Assembly: GCA_020832085.1 (NCBI GenBank)
Contig: JAFIFJ010000138.1
Coordinates: 9,534 to 73,533, forward strand
DNA length: 64,000 nt
Direction of reading: 5' to 3'
Source of the DNA: Gammaproteobacteria bacterium
GTDB lineage: Bacteria; Pseudomonadota; Gammaproteobacteria; Pseudomonadales; Azotimanducaceae
In this document: positions 53,003-61,380 of the stretch, piece after piece
Numbering within the stretch: the first letter of the stretch is position 1
Layout: each line of letters opens with the position of its first letter
Program-made: the position numbers and the translations under genes
Notes under the pieces: model-generated
What the model was told of the DNA's origin: nothing
The model's input: only the letters and a program-made list of their open reading frames with translations
Database searches by the model: none

Positions 53003-53935
53003 GTGGGAATGTCGTTGCCGACAGCGGCATGCATGGATGGTGCACCCTGGCGGCTGGTCGAGCAGCGGGTGGTCGACATCGTCGTTGATGCCTGCACTCG
53101 CATCGATGACAGCCCTATGGGGCTGGTGCCAGCCGATGTGCATGCCCTGCGGGTGTCCTGCAAGCGACTGCGGGCCCTGTGGCGGATGCTCGAGCCCGCC
53201 TTCGGCACCGAGTTGACCCGGCCGATGGAACGAACTCTGCGGGATGCAGCCAAGCAGCTGGCCGGCCAGCGGCAGGCCTGGGTCCTGGTGAAGACCCTGG
53301 AACGGCTCGGGCGCAAGGCCAGCGCGCGCAAGGATCGCTTCCTTGCCGTCGACCTCGCAGCAGATCTCGCGGCTGCGCTGGGTACAGCAGAGGCGCCCAC
53401 CACATCGGTCCCTTTCCTGCGACAGGCCTTCGAGCAGCAGCCGCCTGCGCTCAGGGCCCTGCCGAGACGGCCCTCGGTCGATGATCTCATTGCCGGCATC
53501 GTCTCTGGGGCCGAGCGGGCCCGCCGGCATGGACGGCGAGCCCGGCGCCGCGACGAGGTGGAACGCTGGCATCGCTGTCGGCGCTGGGTGAAGTACGAGC
53601 TTTATCAGCTGGACATCACCCTGGATCTGAAGGGGGCGTTGCGCCGGCGTCATCGGCGCCTGGAGCGGCTCGGGGAGCTCTTGGGCCGGCATCAGGACGG
53701 ATTCGATCTGGAGCTGCAACTGGCCGGAGCTGAGGTCGCCGTGCCCTTGCCAGGGCCGGCGGCCGCGGTACTCGCGGCCTGGCGCGGCGAGCGTGATGCC
53801 CAGCGTCTGCTCAAATGCATCAGGCGGCGTCAGCAACGCCTGCTCCAGCGCATCGAGAAGCGCTTTGACGTCCTGTATGGTGGCCGCCGCGGCGGACTCG
53901 AGGCTGCCCTGCGCAAGGCGTTCGCCCGAACCTGA
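53003..53935 (+). CDS. CHAD domain protein
   Basis: VHALRVSCKRLRALWRML... and repeated basic helices (RRHRRLERLGELLGRHQD), characteristic of CHAD. Confidence 0.65.
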   Translation: MGMSLPTAACMDGAPWRLVEQRVVDIVVDACTRIDDSPMGLVPADVHALRVSCKRLRALWRMLEPAFGTELTRPMERTLRDAAKQLAGQRQAWVLVKTLERLGRKASARKDRFLAVDLAADLAAALGTAEAPTTSVPFLRQAFEQQPPALRALPRRPSVDDLIAGIVSGAERARRHGRRARRRDEVERWHRCRRWVKYELYQLDITLDLKGALRRRHRRLERLGELLGRHQDGFDLELQLAGAEVAVPLPGPAAAVLAAWRGERDAQRLLKCIRRRQQRLLQRIEKRFDVLYGGRRGGLEAALRKAFART

Positions 53936-54027
53936 GTTACCGTCCTCGAGGTTCCCGTCCCGCCCGGTCCTGCAGACGTGGTGCTCCTGTTGTCACCGGC
54001 CTGTTACCATCGCGCGCTGGACGCGGT

Positions 54028-54810
54028 ATGGATGGAGATTCGAGGGTGAAGGAGAGGGTTGTGGCGAATGCGCCGGACAATGTTTATGGGCCACGCGCCG
54101 GGCTGGGACGCCTCGGGCTGCTGCTGGTCCTGGCGCTTGCAGCCGGTGCGGCTGCCGCCGAGGATCAGGAGATCGATCGCGACCCCTTCGAGGCCTGGAA
54201 CCGTCCCGTCCACAATTTCAACGAGACCCTGGATGTCCACATTCTGCAGCCGGTGGCCCGGGGCTATCGGGCCATCACGCCGAGCCCGGTGGAGCGTGCC
54301 GTCTCCAACTTCTTCGACAATCTGACCCTGCCCTTGAGCATCGTCGGCGGGCTGCTGCAGCTCGATTCCGAGCGCACGCTGAAGGAAACGGGCCGTTTCG
54401 TGGTCAATTCCACCGTGGGTCTGGCCGGACTGTTCGATCCGGCCACGTCGCTGGGTCTCGAGCGCCAGGAAGAGGACATTGGGCAGGCCCTGGAGAGCTG
54501 GGGTGCCAAGAACAGCCCCTATCTGGTGCTGCCGTTCCTGGGGCCCATGACGCTGGTGCAGATTCCCGATCGCATTGCGGCACCGCTCATCGGTCCGACC
54601 TTGATGGGCGGCTACTGGCACGACTCGCTGTATGTGCTCAGCATCATCAGCACCCGGGCTGAACTGCTGTCGGCATCGGCCATCCTCGATGAGTCCGCTG
54701 CCGACTCCTACATCTTCACCCGGGAGGCCTTCCTGCAGCGGCGGCGTTACCTGCTCTACAACGGTGAGCCACCGCTGGACGACTTCGACGCCTTCTTCGA
54801 CGAGTTCTGA
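54028..54810 (+). CDS. mlaA: MlaA/VacJ family lipid-asymmetry protein
   Basis: DPFEAWNRPVHNFNETLD...SNFFDNLTLP...VNSTVGLAGLFDPAT is the VacJ signature. The signal sequence has no obvious lipobox Cys. Confidence 0.8.
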   Translation: MDGDSRVKERVVANAPDNVYGPRAGLGRLGLLLVLALAAGAAAAEDQEIDRDPFEAWNRPVHNFNETLDVHILQPVARGYRAITPSPVERAVSNFFDNLTLPLSIVGGLLQLDSERTLKETGRFVVNSTVGLAGLFDPATSLGLERQEEDIGQALESWGAKNSPYLVLPFLGPMTLVQIPDRIAAPLIGPTLMGGYWHDSLYVLSIISTRAELLSASAILDESAADSYIFTREAFLQRRRYLLYNGEPPLDDFDAFFDEF

Positions 54811-57800
54811 GCACCCTCCGGCGACTCGATCGCAGTCGGGCCCGACTGCAGGGCCTCGAGCATGGCATCGATGCCGCAGGGGCGGCCGTAGAGGTAGCCC
54901 TGGCCGTATTCGCAGCCATGGGACTCGAGGAACTCGGCCTGGGCCCGGGTCTCCACCCCTTCGGCGACCACGGCGAGGTTGAGTTGATGGGCCATGGCGA
55001 TCACGGCTGCAGTGATCGCCATGTCATCGGCACTGTCGGGAATGTCGCTGACGAAGCCGCGATCCACCTTGATCAGATCGATGGGCAGGCGCTTTAAGTA
55101 GTTGAGCGACGAATAGCCGGTGCCGAAGTCGTCGATGGACAGGGTGACGCCGAGTTCCCGCAGGGCATCGAGGGTGCTGATGGCTTCGTCCACGTCGCCC
55201 ATGAGCATGGTCTCGGTGATCTCGAGTTCCAGGCAGGCCGGGTCGAGTTGGGCGGCAACGAGGGCTGCGCGCACGGCGCCTGGCAGATTGGGGTCCGAGA
55301 ACTGCCGGGCGGACAGGTTCACCGCCACGTGCAGGGGCTGGGAGCTGGCGCGGCGGATCCGGGCTGCATCCTGGCAGGCATGGTGCAGCACCCACTGGCC
55401 GATCTCGACGATGAGGCCGCTTTCCTCGGCGATCTGCATGAACTGCTCCGGGCGCAGCACGCCCCGCTCGGGGTGTTTCCAGCGCAGCAGGGCCTCGAGC
55501 CCCACCACCTCGCCACTGCTGATGCGCACCTTCGGCTGGTAGTAGATCTCGAAGCCGTCATTGGCAAGGCTGCCGCGCAGGTCGTTCTCGAGCAGCAGCC
55601 GCTCCATGGCCCGAGTGTTCATTTCCTCGGCGAAGAACTGGTAGTTGTCCCGGCCGCGCTCCTTGGCCCGGTACATGGCGAGGTCGGCATTCTTGGTCAG
55701 GGTGGCCGGATCGCTGCCGTCATCGGGTGCCAGGGTGATGCCGATGCTGGTGGTCACGCGCACTTCGTGGTTGCCGAGGACGATGGGCTCCTGCAGCCGG
55801 CGCAGGATCTTGCGTGCCACCTTGCCGGCCGCCCGGGCGTCCTGGACTTCCTGCAGCAGGATCGTGAACTCGTCACCACCGGGCCTGGCCACGGTGTCCT
55901 CGTCGCGCACACAGGTCCGCAGCCGCTCTGCCACGGTCTTCAGCAGCACGTCGCCGGCCTCGTGGCCGAGGGTGTCGTTGACGCGCTTGAAGTTGTCGAG
56001 ATCGAGATAGAGCAACGCGGCAGGGCGGCCGTGGCGGATGGCCTGACGCACGGCCTGCTCGAGACGGTCGGCAAACAGGCGGCGATTGGCCAGGTCGGTG
56101 AGGGTGTCGTAGAACGCCAGCCGCTCCATGCGTTCCTGGCTCTGCTTCATTTCGGTGATGTCGGCGATCTGAATGATCAGATGCAGCGGGCTGCCGTCGG
56201 GGTGGCGCTGCACCACCATGTGGCGATTGGTGGTGATCTCGGCGCCGCTGCCGGTGAGGTAGTGGGCTTCGCCGCTGTCCTCGTCGGACTCACCGGCCAC
56301 CAGTGCCTGGAGGTGGGCACTGAAGGTGTCCCGGGCATCCTGCACCAGCAGGCTGGCCGCCTCCGCATCCACCAGCTCTTCGGCGTCCCGGTCCAGCAGT
56401 TCACACAGGGTCCGGTTGACCTGGGTGATGCGGCCATCAGGGTCCACCAGCATCATGCCGATAGGCGCGCTTTCGAAGGCGCCACGGAAGCGGGCCTCGC
56501 TCTCGGCCACCAGTTCCTGGGCCTGGCGCAGCTCGCGCATGTCCTTGATGAGGGTGATGGCGCAGGGGTCGCCCTGAATGTCCACCACGGTGGTGGACAC
56601 CAGGGCCGGAATCGGCCCGTCCGGTCCGTTCAAGGTCACTTCGGCGGTGGCGTAGCCTCCGCTGTCCTCGCCGCGTTCGTCCTGATCATCGATGAGGGCG
56701 GCCCAGTGGTTGCGGATGTCGCTCAAGGGCAATTGGGATTCGAGTTCGTGGGCACCGTGACCGACGAGGACGGCCCGGGGGCGCTGCAGCAGCGCGACGA
56801 AGTTGTCGTTGACGTCGATGACCAGATCGTCGGCGAGGCGGGTGATGAGCATGGCGTCCGGACTGCGGTGGAAAACCCGGGCGAACTTGTCCTCGCTCTC
56901 CCGCAGGGCGGCCTCCGTGCGGCGGCGGGCGCTGATGTCGCGCAGCACCACCACCACGCAGAGTTCACCGTCGAGTTCGGCATAGCGGCCGGAGAGACTG
57001 GTTTCCCGGGCGCGGCCATCCGCCGTGATCACCACGGTTTCCAGATCGACCACATGATTTTCGGCTTCGAGCATCTCGGAGAAGCGGGCGATGTCGTTGC
57101 CGTCCGCCACTCGCAGCAGTTCGGAACTCGGTCGGCCCAGGCCGCTGTCCCGCTGGTGGCCGGTGAGTTCGGTGAAAGCCTCGTTGAAGTCCAGGGCAAT
57201 GCCGTCGCTGGTCCGGGTCAGCAGAATGGCATCGCGGCTGGTCTCGAAGAGGGCGGCAAAGCGGGTCTCGCTGCGCCGCAGGGCTCGTTCCGCCTGCACC
57301 TGTCCGGTGATTTCCTGGCCGTTGACCACCGCACCCGCGATGCCGGGCGTGCTGTACAGACCGGTGACCTTGGCGTCGAGAAAGATCCATTTGCCTTCCG
57401 GAGTGCGCAGCCGCAGGTAGGGCAGGGCGATGGGCGTGGACGGACGCTCCCGGCTGCGTTCGAGCACCTTGGCAAATTCGGCGTGATCCCGTTCGTCCAT
57501 GAAAGCGGTGGGATTTGCGCCGAGGGCTTGCTCGGCGCTGACGCCGAGCAGCTTGAGGAAGGCCGGGTTGAGATAGGTGATGTGGCCGCCGCGGTCGATG
57601 ATGAAGGTGATGGCCGTGGAGTACTCGATGATGCCGCGGAATCGTGCCTCACTTTCCCGCAGGGCCTGCTCGGCGCGCTGCATGGGCGTCATGTCCACCA
57701 CCTGATCGATGGTGAAGGCCACCCGCTGGCGGCGGTCGGTGACGATGCCGACGTTGACGCTGGCCCAGAACGCGCTGCCGTCGGCCCGTTCCAGCAGATA

Positions 57801-58361
57801 TTCCCCGCGTCCCACCTGCATCTCGCCGGCCAGCAGCCGCTGATGGTCAGCGGCGAGACCTTCCCAGTCCTCGGCGGTCACCAGATGGCGCAGCGAGGCA
57901 CCGATGAGGCTGCTGCGGGGGCGGCCCAACATCTTGGCCAGGGTGTCGTTGACGTAGAGGACGCGTAGCTGCGGGCTCACCAGGGCCATGCCCGTGGGCG
58001 AGTGGTCGAAGGCCTGCTGGAACGACGATCCGGACAGCCACCACTCGGTGGCGGTGTCGGACATGCGTCCGGCCAGGACCGCCAGCACCCACGTCGTGAT
58101 CAGCACCAGGATGCTCGCGAGGTTCACCCGCAGCTCAGGCAGGCCTGACTCCCACAGCGAGAGGGACAGCAGCACCACCGTTCCGAGCACGGCAATGGCC
58201 AGCGCGGTCAGGGGGCGCTGCAGGCGCCCGGCGAGCATGGCCGCGGGCAGCAGCGGCAGGAAGCTGGCGGGGTGATGGATCACCATGGGCAGCAGCAGGC
58301 CGAGAGCAGCCAGCAACAGCATTGCTGTCGCCATGATCCGCTGCTGGCTGCTGCGCCGCAT
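54756..58361 (-). CDS. Multi-PAS GGDEF-EAL signalling protein
   Basis: N-terminal TM region, about five PAS/PAC units, GGDEF (ARPGGDEFTILL) and EAL (GLEALLRW ... DDFGTGYSSL). Start at MRRSSQQ inside ORF 54756..58511. Confidence 0.85.
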   Translation of the reverse strand: MRRSSQQRIMATAMLLLAALGLLLPMVIHHPASFLPLLPAAMLAGRLQRPLTALAIAVLGTVVLLSLSLWESGLPELRVNLASILVLITTWVLAVLAGRMSDTATEWWLSGSSFQQAFDHSPTGMALVSPQLRVLYVNDTLAKMLGRPRSSLIGASLRHLVTAEDWEGLAADHQRLLAGEMQVGRGEYLLERADGSAFWASVNVGIVTDRRQRVAFTIDQVVDMTPMQRAEQALRESEARFRGIIEYSTAITFIIDRGGHITYLNPAFLKLLGVSAEQALGANPTAFMDERDHAEFAKVLERSRERPSTPIALPYLRLRTPEGKWIFLDAKVTGLYSTPGIAGAVVNGQEITGQVQAERALRRSETRFAALFETSRDAILLTRTSDGIALDFNEAFTELTGHQRDSGLGRPSSELLRVADGNDIARFSEMLEAENHVVDLETVVITADGRARETSLSGRYAELDGELCVVVVLRDISARRRTEAALRESEDKFARVFHRSPDAMLITRLADDLVIDVNDNFVALLQRPRAVLVGHGAHELESQLPLSDIRNHWAALIDDQDERGEDSGGYATAEVTLNGPDGPIPALVSTTVVDIQGDPCAITLIKDMRELRQAQELVAESEARFRGAFESAPIGMMLVDPDGRITQVNRTLCELLDRDAEELVDAEAASLLVQDARDTFSAHLQALVAGESDEDSGEAHYLTGSGAEITTNRHMVVQRHPDGSPLHLIIQIADITEMKQSQERMERLAFYDTLTDLANRRLFADRLEQAVRQAIRHGRPAALLYLDLDNFKRVNDTLGHEAGDVLLKTVAERLRTCVRDEDTVARPGGDEFTILLQEVQDARAAGKVARKILRRLQEPIVLGNHEVRVTTSIGITLAPDDGSDPATLTKNADLAMYRAKERGRDNYQFFAEEMNTRAMERLLLENDLRGSLANDGFEIYYQPKVRISSGEVVGLEALLRWKHPERGVLRPEQFMQIAEESGLIVEIGQWVLHHACQDAARIRRASSQPLHVAVNLSARQFSDPNLPGAVRAALVAAQLDPACLELEITETMLMGDVDEAISTLDALRELGVTLSIDDFGTGYSSLNYLKRLPIDLIKVDRGFVSDIPDSADDMAITAAVIAMAHQLNLAVVAEGVETRAQAEFLESHGCEYGQGYLYGRPCGIDAMLEALQSGPTAIESPEGAQNSSKKASKSSSGGSPL

Positions 58362-58524
58362 GGCTGCCCCTGAATCCCGTTTCGACCCTCGCAGACACCG
58401 AATCCCCCTCGATGCCGCATACCAACTCGGCCCGGCAGGTCGTGGGCCGCGTCCGCTGGATTCTACTTTGGAATGGACTCTACGTCGCCGCGCCACGGCG
58501 CCTTTTTCCAAGGCTCACAGCTCT

Positions 58525-58899
58525 TTAGCGGAACTCGGGCCCGGTGATGCCCATCAGGGCTCCGAAGCGCGTCAGCTGAGCCCGGTGGGCGGCGGGCAGG
58601 CGCAGCCGCTCCATGGCCTGCTCACCCTGACTGCAGAGGAGGTAGCGGAAGCAGTCCTTCAGGGGTTCCTCACCGCCGAGGATGTCCCTGCCGTGGTCAT
58701 TGAGAAGGTCGTAGAAGGCCTCGAGTTCGTCACCTTCGAGGCCTGCCCGCTGCGGTTCGAGCACGGCGTTGGTCCAAAGGGTGGCCAGGTAGATCCGATA
58801 CAGCTCGGTGTCCAGGAACTGCTCGGTGACCCGGGAGAGGCGTTCGATCTCCGCGAAAATGTCCTGGTAGCGCTCAGCGAGACGGTCGTCCGGCTTCAT
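58525..58899 (-). CDS. Hypothetical protein
   Basis: MKPDDRLAERYQDIFAEIERL... 124 aa, helical and acidic. No family recognised. Confidence 0.4.
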   Translation of the reverse strand: MKPDDRLAERYQDIFAEIERLSRVTEQFLDTELYRIYLATLWTNAVLEPQRAGLEGDELEAFYDLLNDHGRDILGGEEPLKDCFRYLLCSQGEQAMERLRLPAAHRAQLTRFGALMGITGPEFR

Positions 58900-58951
58900 G
58901 GTCGAGGCACTCACGCACATTGATGCCCGAATAGGGGGGCATGGTAAAGGT

Positions 58952-58967
58952 TGGGCGGGCCACTGCA
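58952..58967 (+). promoter_or_regulatory. Sigma54-like element facing the acyl-CoA dehydrogenase pair
   Basis: TGGGCGGGCCACTGCA (TGG-N9-TGCA). It shares its TGCA with the oppositely oriented element. Confidence 0.3.
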
Positions 58968-58979
58968 ATGCGCAGCCCA
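58964..58979 (-). promoter_or_regulatory. Sigma54-like element facing the hypothetical gene 58525-58899
   Basis: Minus strand TGGGCTGCGCATTGCA (-12 TTGCA). Together with 58952-58967 it forms the symmetric unit TGG-N9-TGCA-N9-CCA. Confidence 0.3.
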
Positions 58980-59073
58980 GCAGACTCTCGGTTCCGCGCG
59001 TTGCATTGCCTGGGCCTGGACGCTAATGTCCCGCGCCGACCCTGCGGGCGTTCATTCCGGAGATTTCACAGAC

Positions 59074-60213
59074 ATGGCACAAGCCCTGGTATTCGATCCA
59101 GTCAGGTTGCCGCCGGCAGCGGAAGCCCTGCGCAGAGAAGTGCGAGCCTTCGTTGCCGAGCACCTGGACCCCGACCTCCTGCGCAATTCCGACTTCGGCT
59201 CCGGTCACGACCCGGCGTTCAGCCGCGCTCTCGGAGCCCGGGGCTGGATCGGGATGACCTGGCCGGGGAAGTACGGTGGCGGCGATCGCAGCTTTTTCGA
59301 ACGCTACGTGGTCACTGAAGAGCTGCTCGCAGCGGGTGCGCCGGTGGAAGCCCATTGGATCGCCGACCGCCAGAGCGGTCCGGTACTTCTGCGCTACGGC
59401 ACCGAAGCCCAGCGTGAGTTCTTCCTGCCGCGCATCATCCGGGGCGAGTGCTACTTTTCCATCGGCATGAGCGAACCGGACTCCGGTTCGGATCTGGCCT
59501 CGGTGCGGACCTCGGCCACCAAAGTGGATGGTGGCTGGGTGGTCAACGGGACCAAGCTCTGGACCAGCGGCGCTCACCGCAATCACTACATGATCACCCT
59601 GGTGCGCACCGAGCCGGTGGGGGAGAACCGTCATGCCGGACTGTCGCAGCTGATCGTGGATCTGAAGAACCCCGAAGGCCTCACCATCCGCCCCATTGCC
59701 AACATGGCGGGGGATCGGGACTTCAATGAGGTGGTGTTCGAGGACTGCTTCGTGCCCGACGAGCATGTGCTGGGCCAGCCGGGCAACGGTTGGGAGCAGG
59801 TCACCAGTGAGCTCGGCTACGAGCGCAGCGGGCCGGAGCGCTTCCTGTCCTCGTTCCGCCTGTTGGTGGAATTGATCCGGGCCGTCGGCCCGGATCCGGA
59901 ACCGGCCCAGGCCGCGGCCATCGGCAAGCTGGCCGGCCAGCTCACCACCCTGCGCAAGATCTCCATCTCCGTCGCCGGCATGCTGCAGAGCAATCGCAAT
60001 CCCATCGTGGAAGCGGCGCTGGTGAAGGAGCTTGGCAACAACTTCGAAAAGGAGCTGCCGGAAGTGGTGCGGCTGGTGGCCCCGGCCGCGGCGGGGCGCC
60101 TGTTCCAGCGCACCCTTGAGGACACCCTGCTGCATGCGCCGTCGTTCTCGCTGCGAGGGGGCACGCGGGAAATTCTGAGGGGCATGATCGCAAGAGGGCT
60201 GGGACTGCGATGA
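59074..60213 (+). CDS. Acyl-CoA dehydrogenase family protein (subunit A of a probable pair)
   Basis: WIGMTWPGKYGG, CYFSIGMSEPDSGSDLAS, WVVNGTKLWTSGA, and C-terminal LRGGTREILRGMIARGLGL. Start at the internal Met of ORF 58951..60213. Confidence 0.8.
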   Translation: MAQALVFDPVRLPPAAEALRREVRAFVAEHLDPDLLRNSDFGSGHDPAFSRALGARGWIGMTWPGKYGGGDRSFFERYVVTEELLAAGAPVEAHWIADRQSGPVLLRYGTEAQREFFLPRIIRGECYFSIGMSEPDSGSDLASVRTSATKVDGGWVVNGTKLWTSGAHRNHYMITLVRTEPVGENRHAGLSQLIVDLKNPEGLTIRPIANMAGDRDFNEVVFEDCFVPDEHVLGQPGNGWEQVTSELGYERSGPERFLSSFRLLVELIRAVGPDPEPAQAAAIGKLAGQLTTLRKISISVAGMLQSNRNPIVEAALVKELGNNFEKELPEVVRLVAPAAAGRLFQRTLEDTLLHAPSFSLRGGTREILRGMIARGLGLR

Positions 60214-61373
60214 ACAGCACAAATTCTGACGACCGCAACGATGGTCAGGGCGAAGCCGGCCGCATGATCCAGGACACCGCCGACCGCCTGCTGCGGGATC
60301 AGTGCAGCAAGGAGCTGGTGGACGCTGCGGAAGCCGGCACCTGGCCGGCGGCACTGTGGCAGACGCTCATGGAAACGGGCCTGCCCTGGGCCTCGGCACC
60401 GGAGCGTCTGGGGGGCTCGGCTCTCGTGCTGCCTGAAGCCCTGGGGCTGCTGCGGCTGGTGGGCGCCCACGCTGCGCCGGTGCCCCTTGCGGAGACCCTG
60501 ATCGCGTCGGCCCTGCTTGGTGAGGACGAATCCGTCGAACAGTTGCCTGCAGGCCCGCTGGCACTGGTGCTGGCCAGTGCCACGGATGATTTCGCCGCGC
60601 GCCGGACGGCAGACGGCTTCGCGCTTCGCGGCTCGGTCGCCGACGTGCCCTTTGCGCCGTTGGCCGAGGTGCTCGTCGTGGCGGTGGACACCGGTGACGG
60701 ACTGCTGCTGCTGCGGGTGGATCCATCCTCAGTGCAGCTGGAGCCGGGGCGCAATATCGCCGGCGAGCCGGTTGCGACCGTGATCTTCGATGATGCTGAG
60801 GTGACGGAGGCGGCGTGCAGCCGCTGTGCCAGCTTGAACGCTGCCGAGGAACTGCTGGCCCTGCTGGCCCTGTCCCGCGCCTTGATGTCGGCCGGCGCCA
60901 TGCAGTCCCTGCTGGACATGTCGGTCGGTTATGCCCTCGAGCGCCGACAGTTCGGCAGGCCCATTGCCCAGTTCCAGGCGGTTCAGCAACAGCTGGCGGT
61001 GCTGGCCGGGGAGGCCGCAGCGGCCATCCGGGCGGCCGACGGCGGTCTGGAAGCCTTCGCCGAAGTGTTTCGGAGCGACGCTGCAGCCGACCCGGAAACC
61101 CGGACCCGGCGCATTGCCATGGCCATTCAGGAAGCCGGCGTCGCCAAGGCGCGGGCCGGTGAGGCAGCCGGCCGTGGCGCAGAGATCGCCCATCAGGTGC
61201 ATGGTGCGATGGGGTTTACCTACGAACACCGCTTGCATCAGCGCACGCGCCGACTCTGGGCCTGGCGGGATCAGTACGGCACCGAGACCTTCTGGCAAGC
61301 CCGCTTCGGCCGATTCTTGTGCGCGGCCGGGGGCGACGCGCTCTGGGACATTCTGACCCGCCCCCTGGATTGA
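60210..61373 (+). CDS. Acyl-CoA dehydrogenase family protein (subunit B of a probable pair)
   Basis: C-terminal ACAD domain (YALERRQFGRPIAQFQAVQQQLA...HQVHGAMGFTYEHRLHQRTRRL). Its ATG overlaps the upstream stop (ATGA). Confidence 0.75.
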   Translation: MNSTNSDDRNDGQGEAGRMIQDTADRLLRDQCSKELVDAAEAGTWPAALWQTLMETGLPWASAPERLGGSALVLPEALGLLRLVGAHAAPVPLAETLIASALLGEDESVEQLPAGPLALVLASATDDFAARRTADGFALRGSVADVPFAPLAEVLVVAVDTGDGLLLLRVDPSSVQLEPGRNIAGEPVATVIFDDAEVTEAACSRCASLNAAEELLALLALSRALMSAGAMQSLLDMSVGYALERRQFGRPIAQFQAVQQQLAVLAGEAAAAIRAADGGLEAFAEVFRSDAAADPETRTRRIAMAIQEAGVAKARAGEAAGRGAEIAHQVHGAMGFTYEHRLHQRTRRLWAWRDQYGTETFWQARFGRFLCAAGGDALWDILTRPLD

Positions 61374-61380
61374 GTGCAGC

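Noticed and set aside
51680-53836. 718-aa ORF antisense to the Bcr transporter and the CHAD gene.
   Set aside because: It crosses an intergenic region and two unrelated genes on the other strand, with low-complexity Gly/Arg/Pro/His content.
55248-57968. 906-aa ORF antisense to the PAS-GGDEF-EAL gene.
   Set aside because: Antisense frame of a well-supported multi-domain gene, with no domain signatures.
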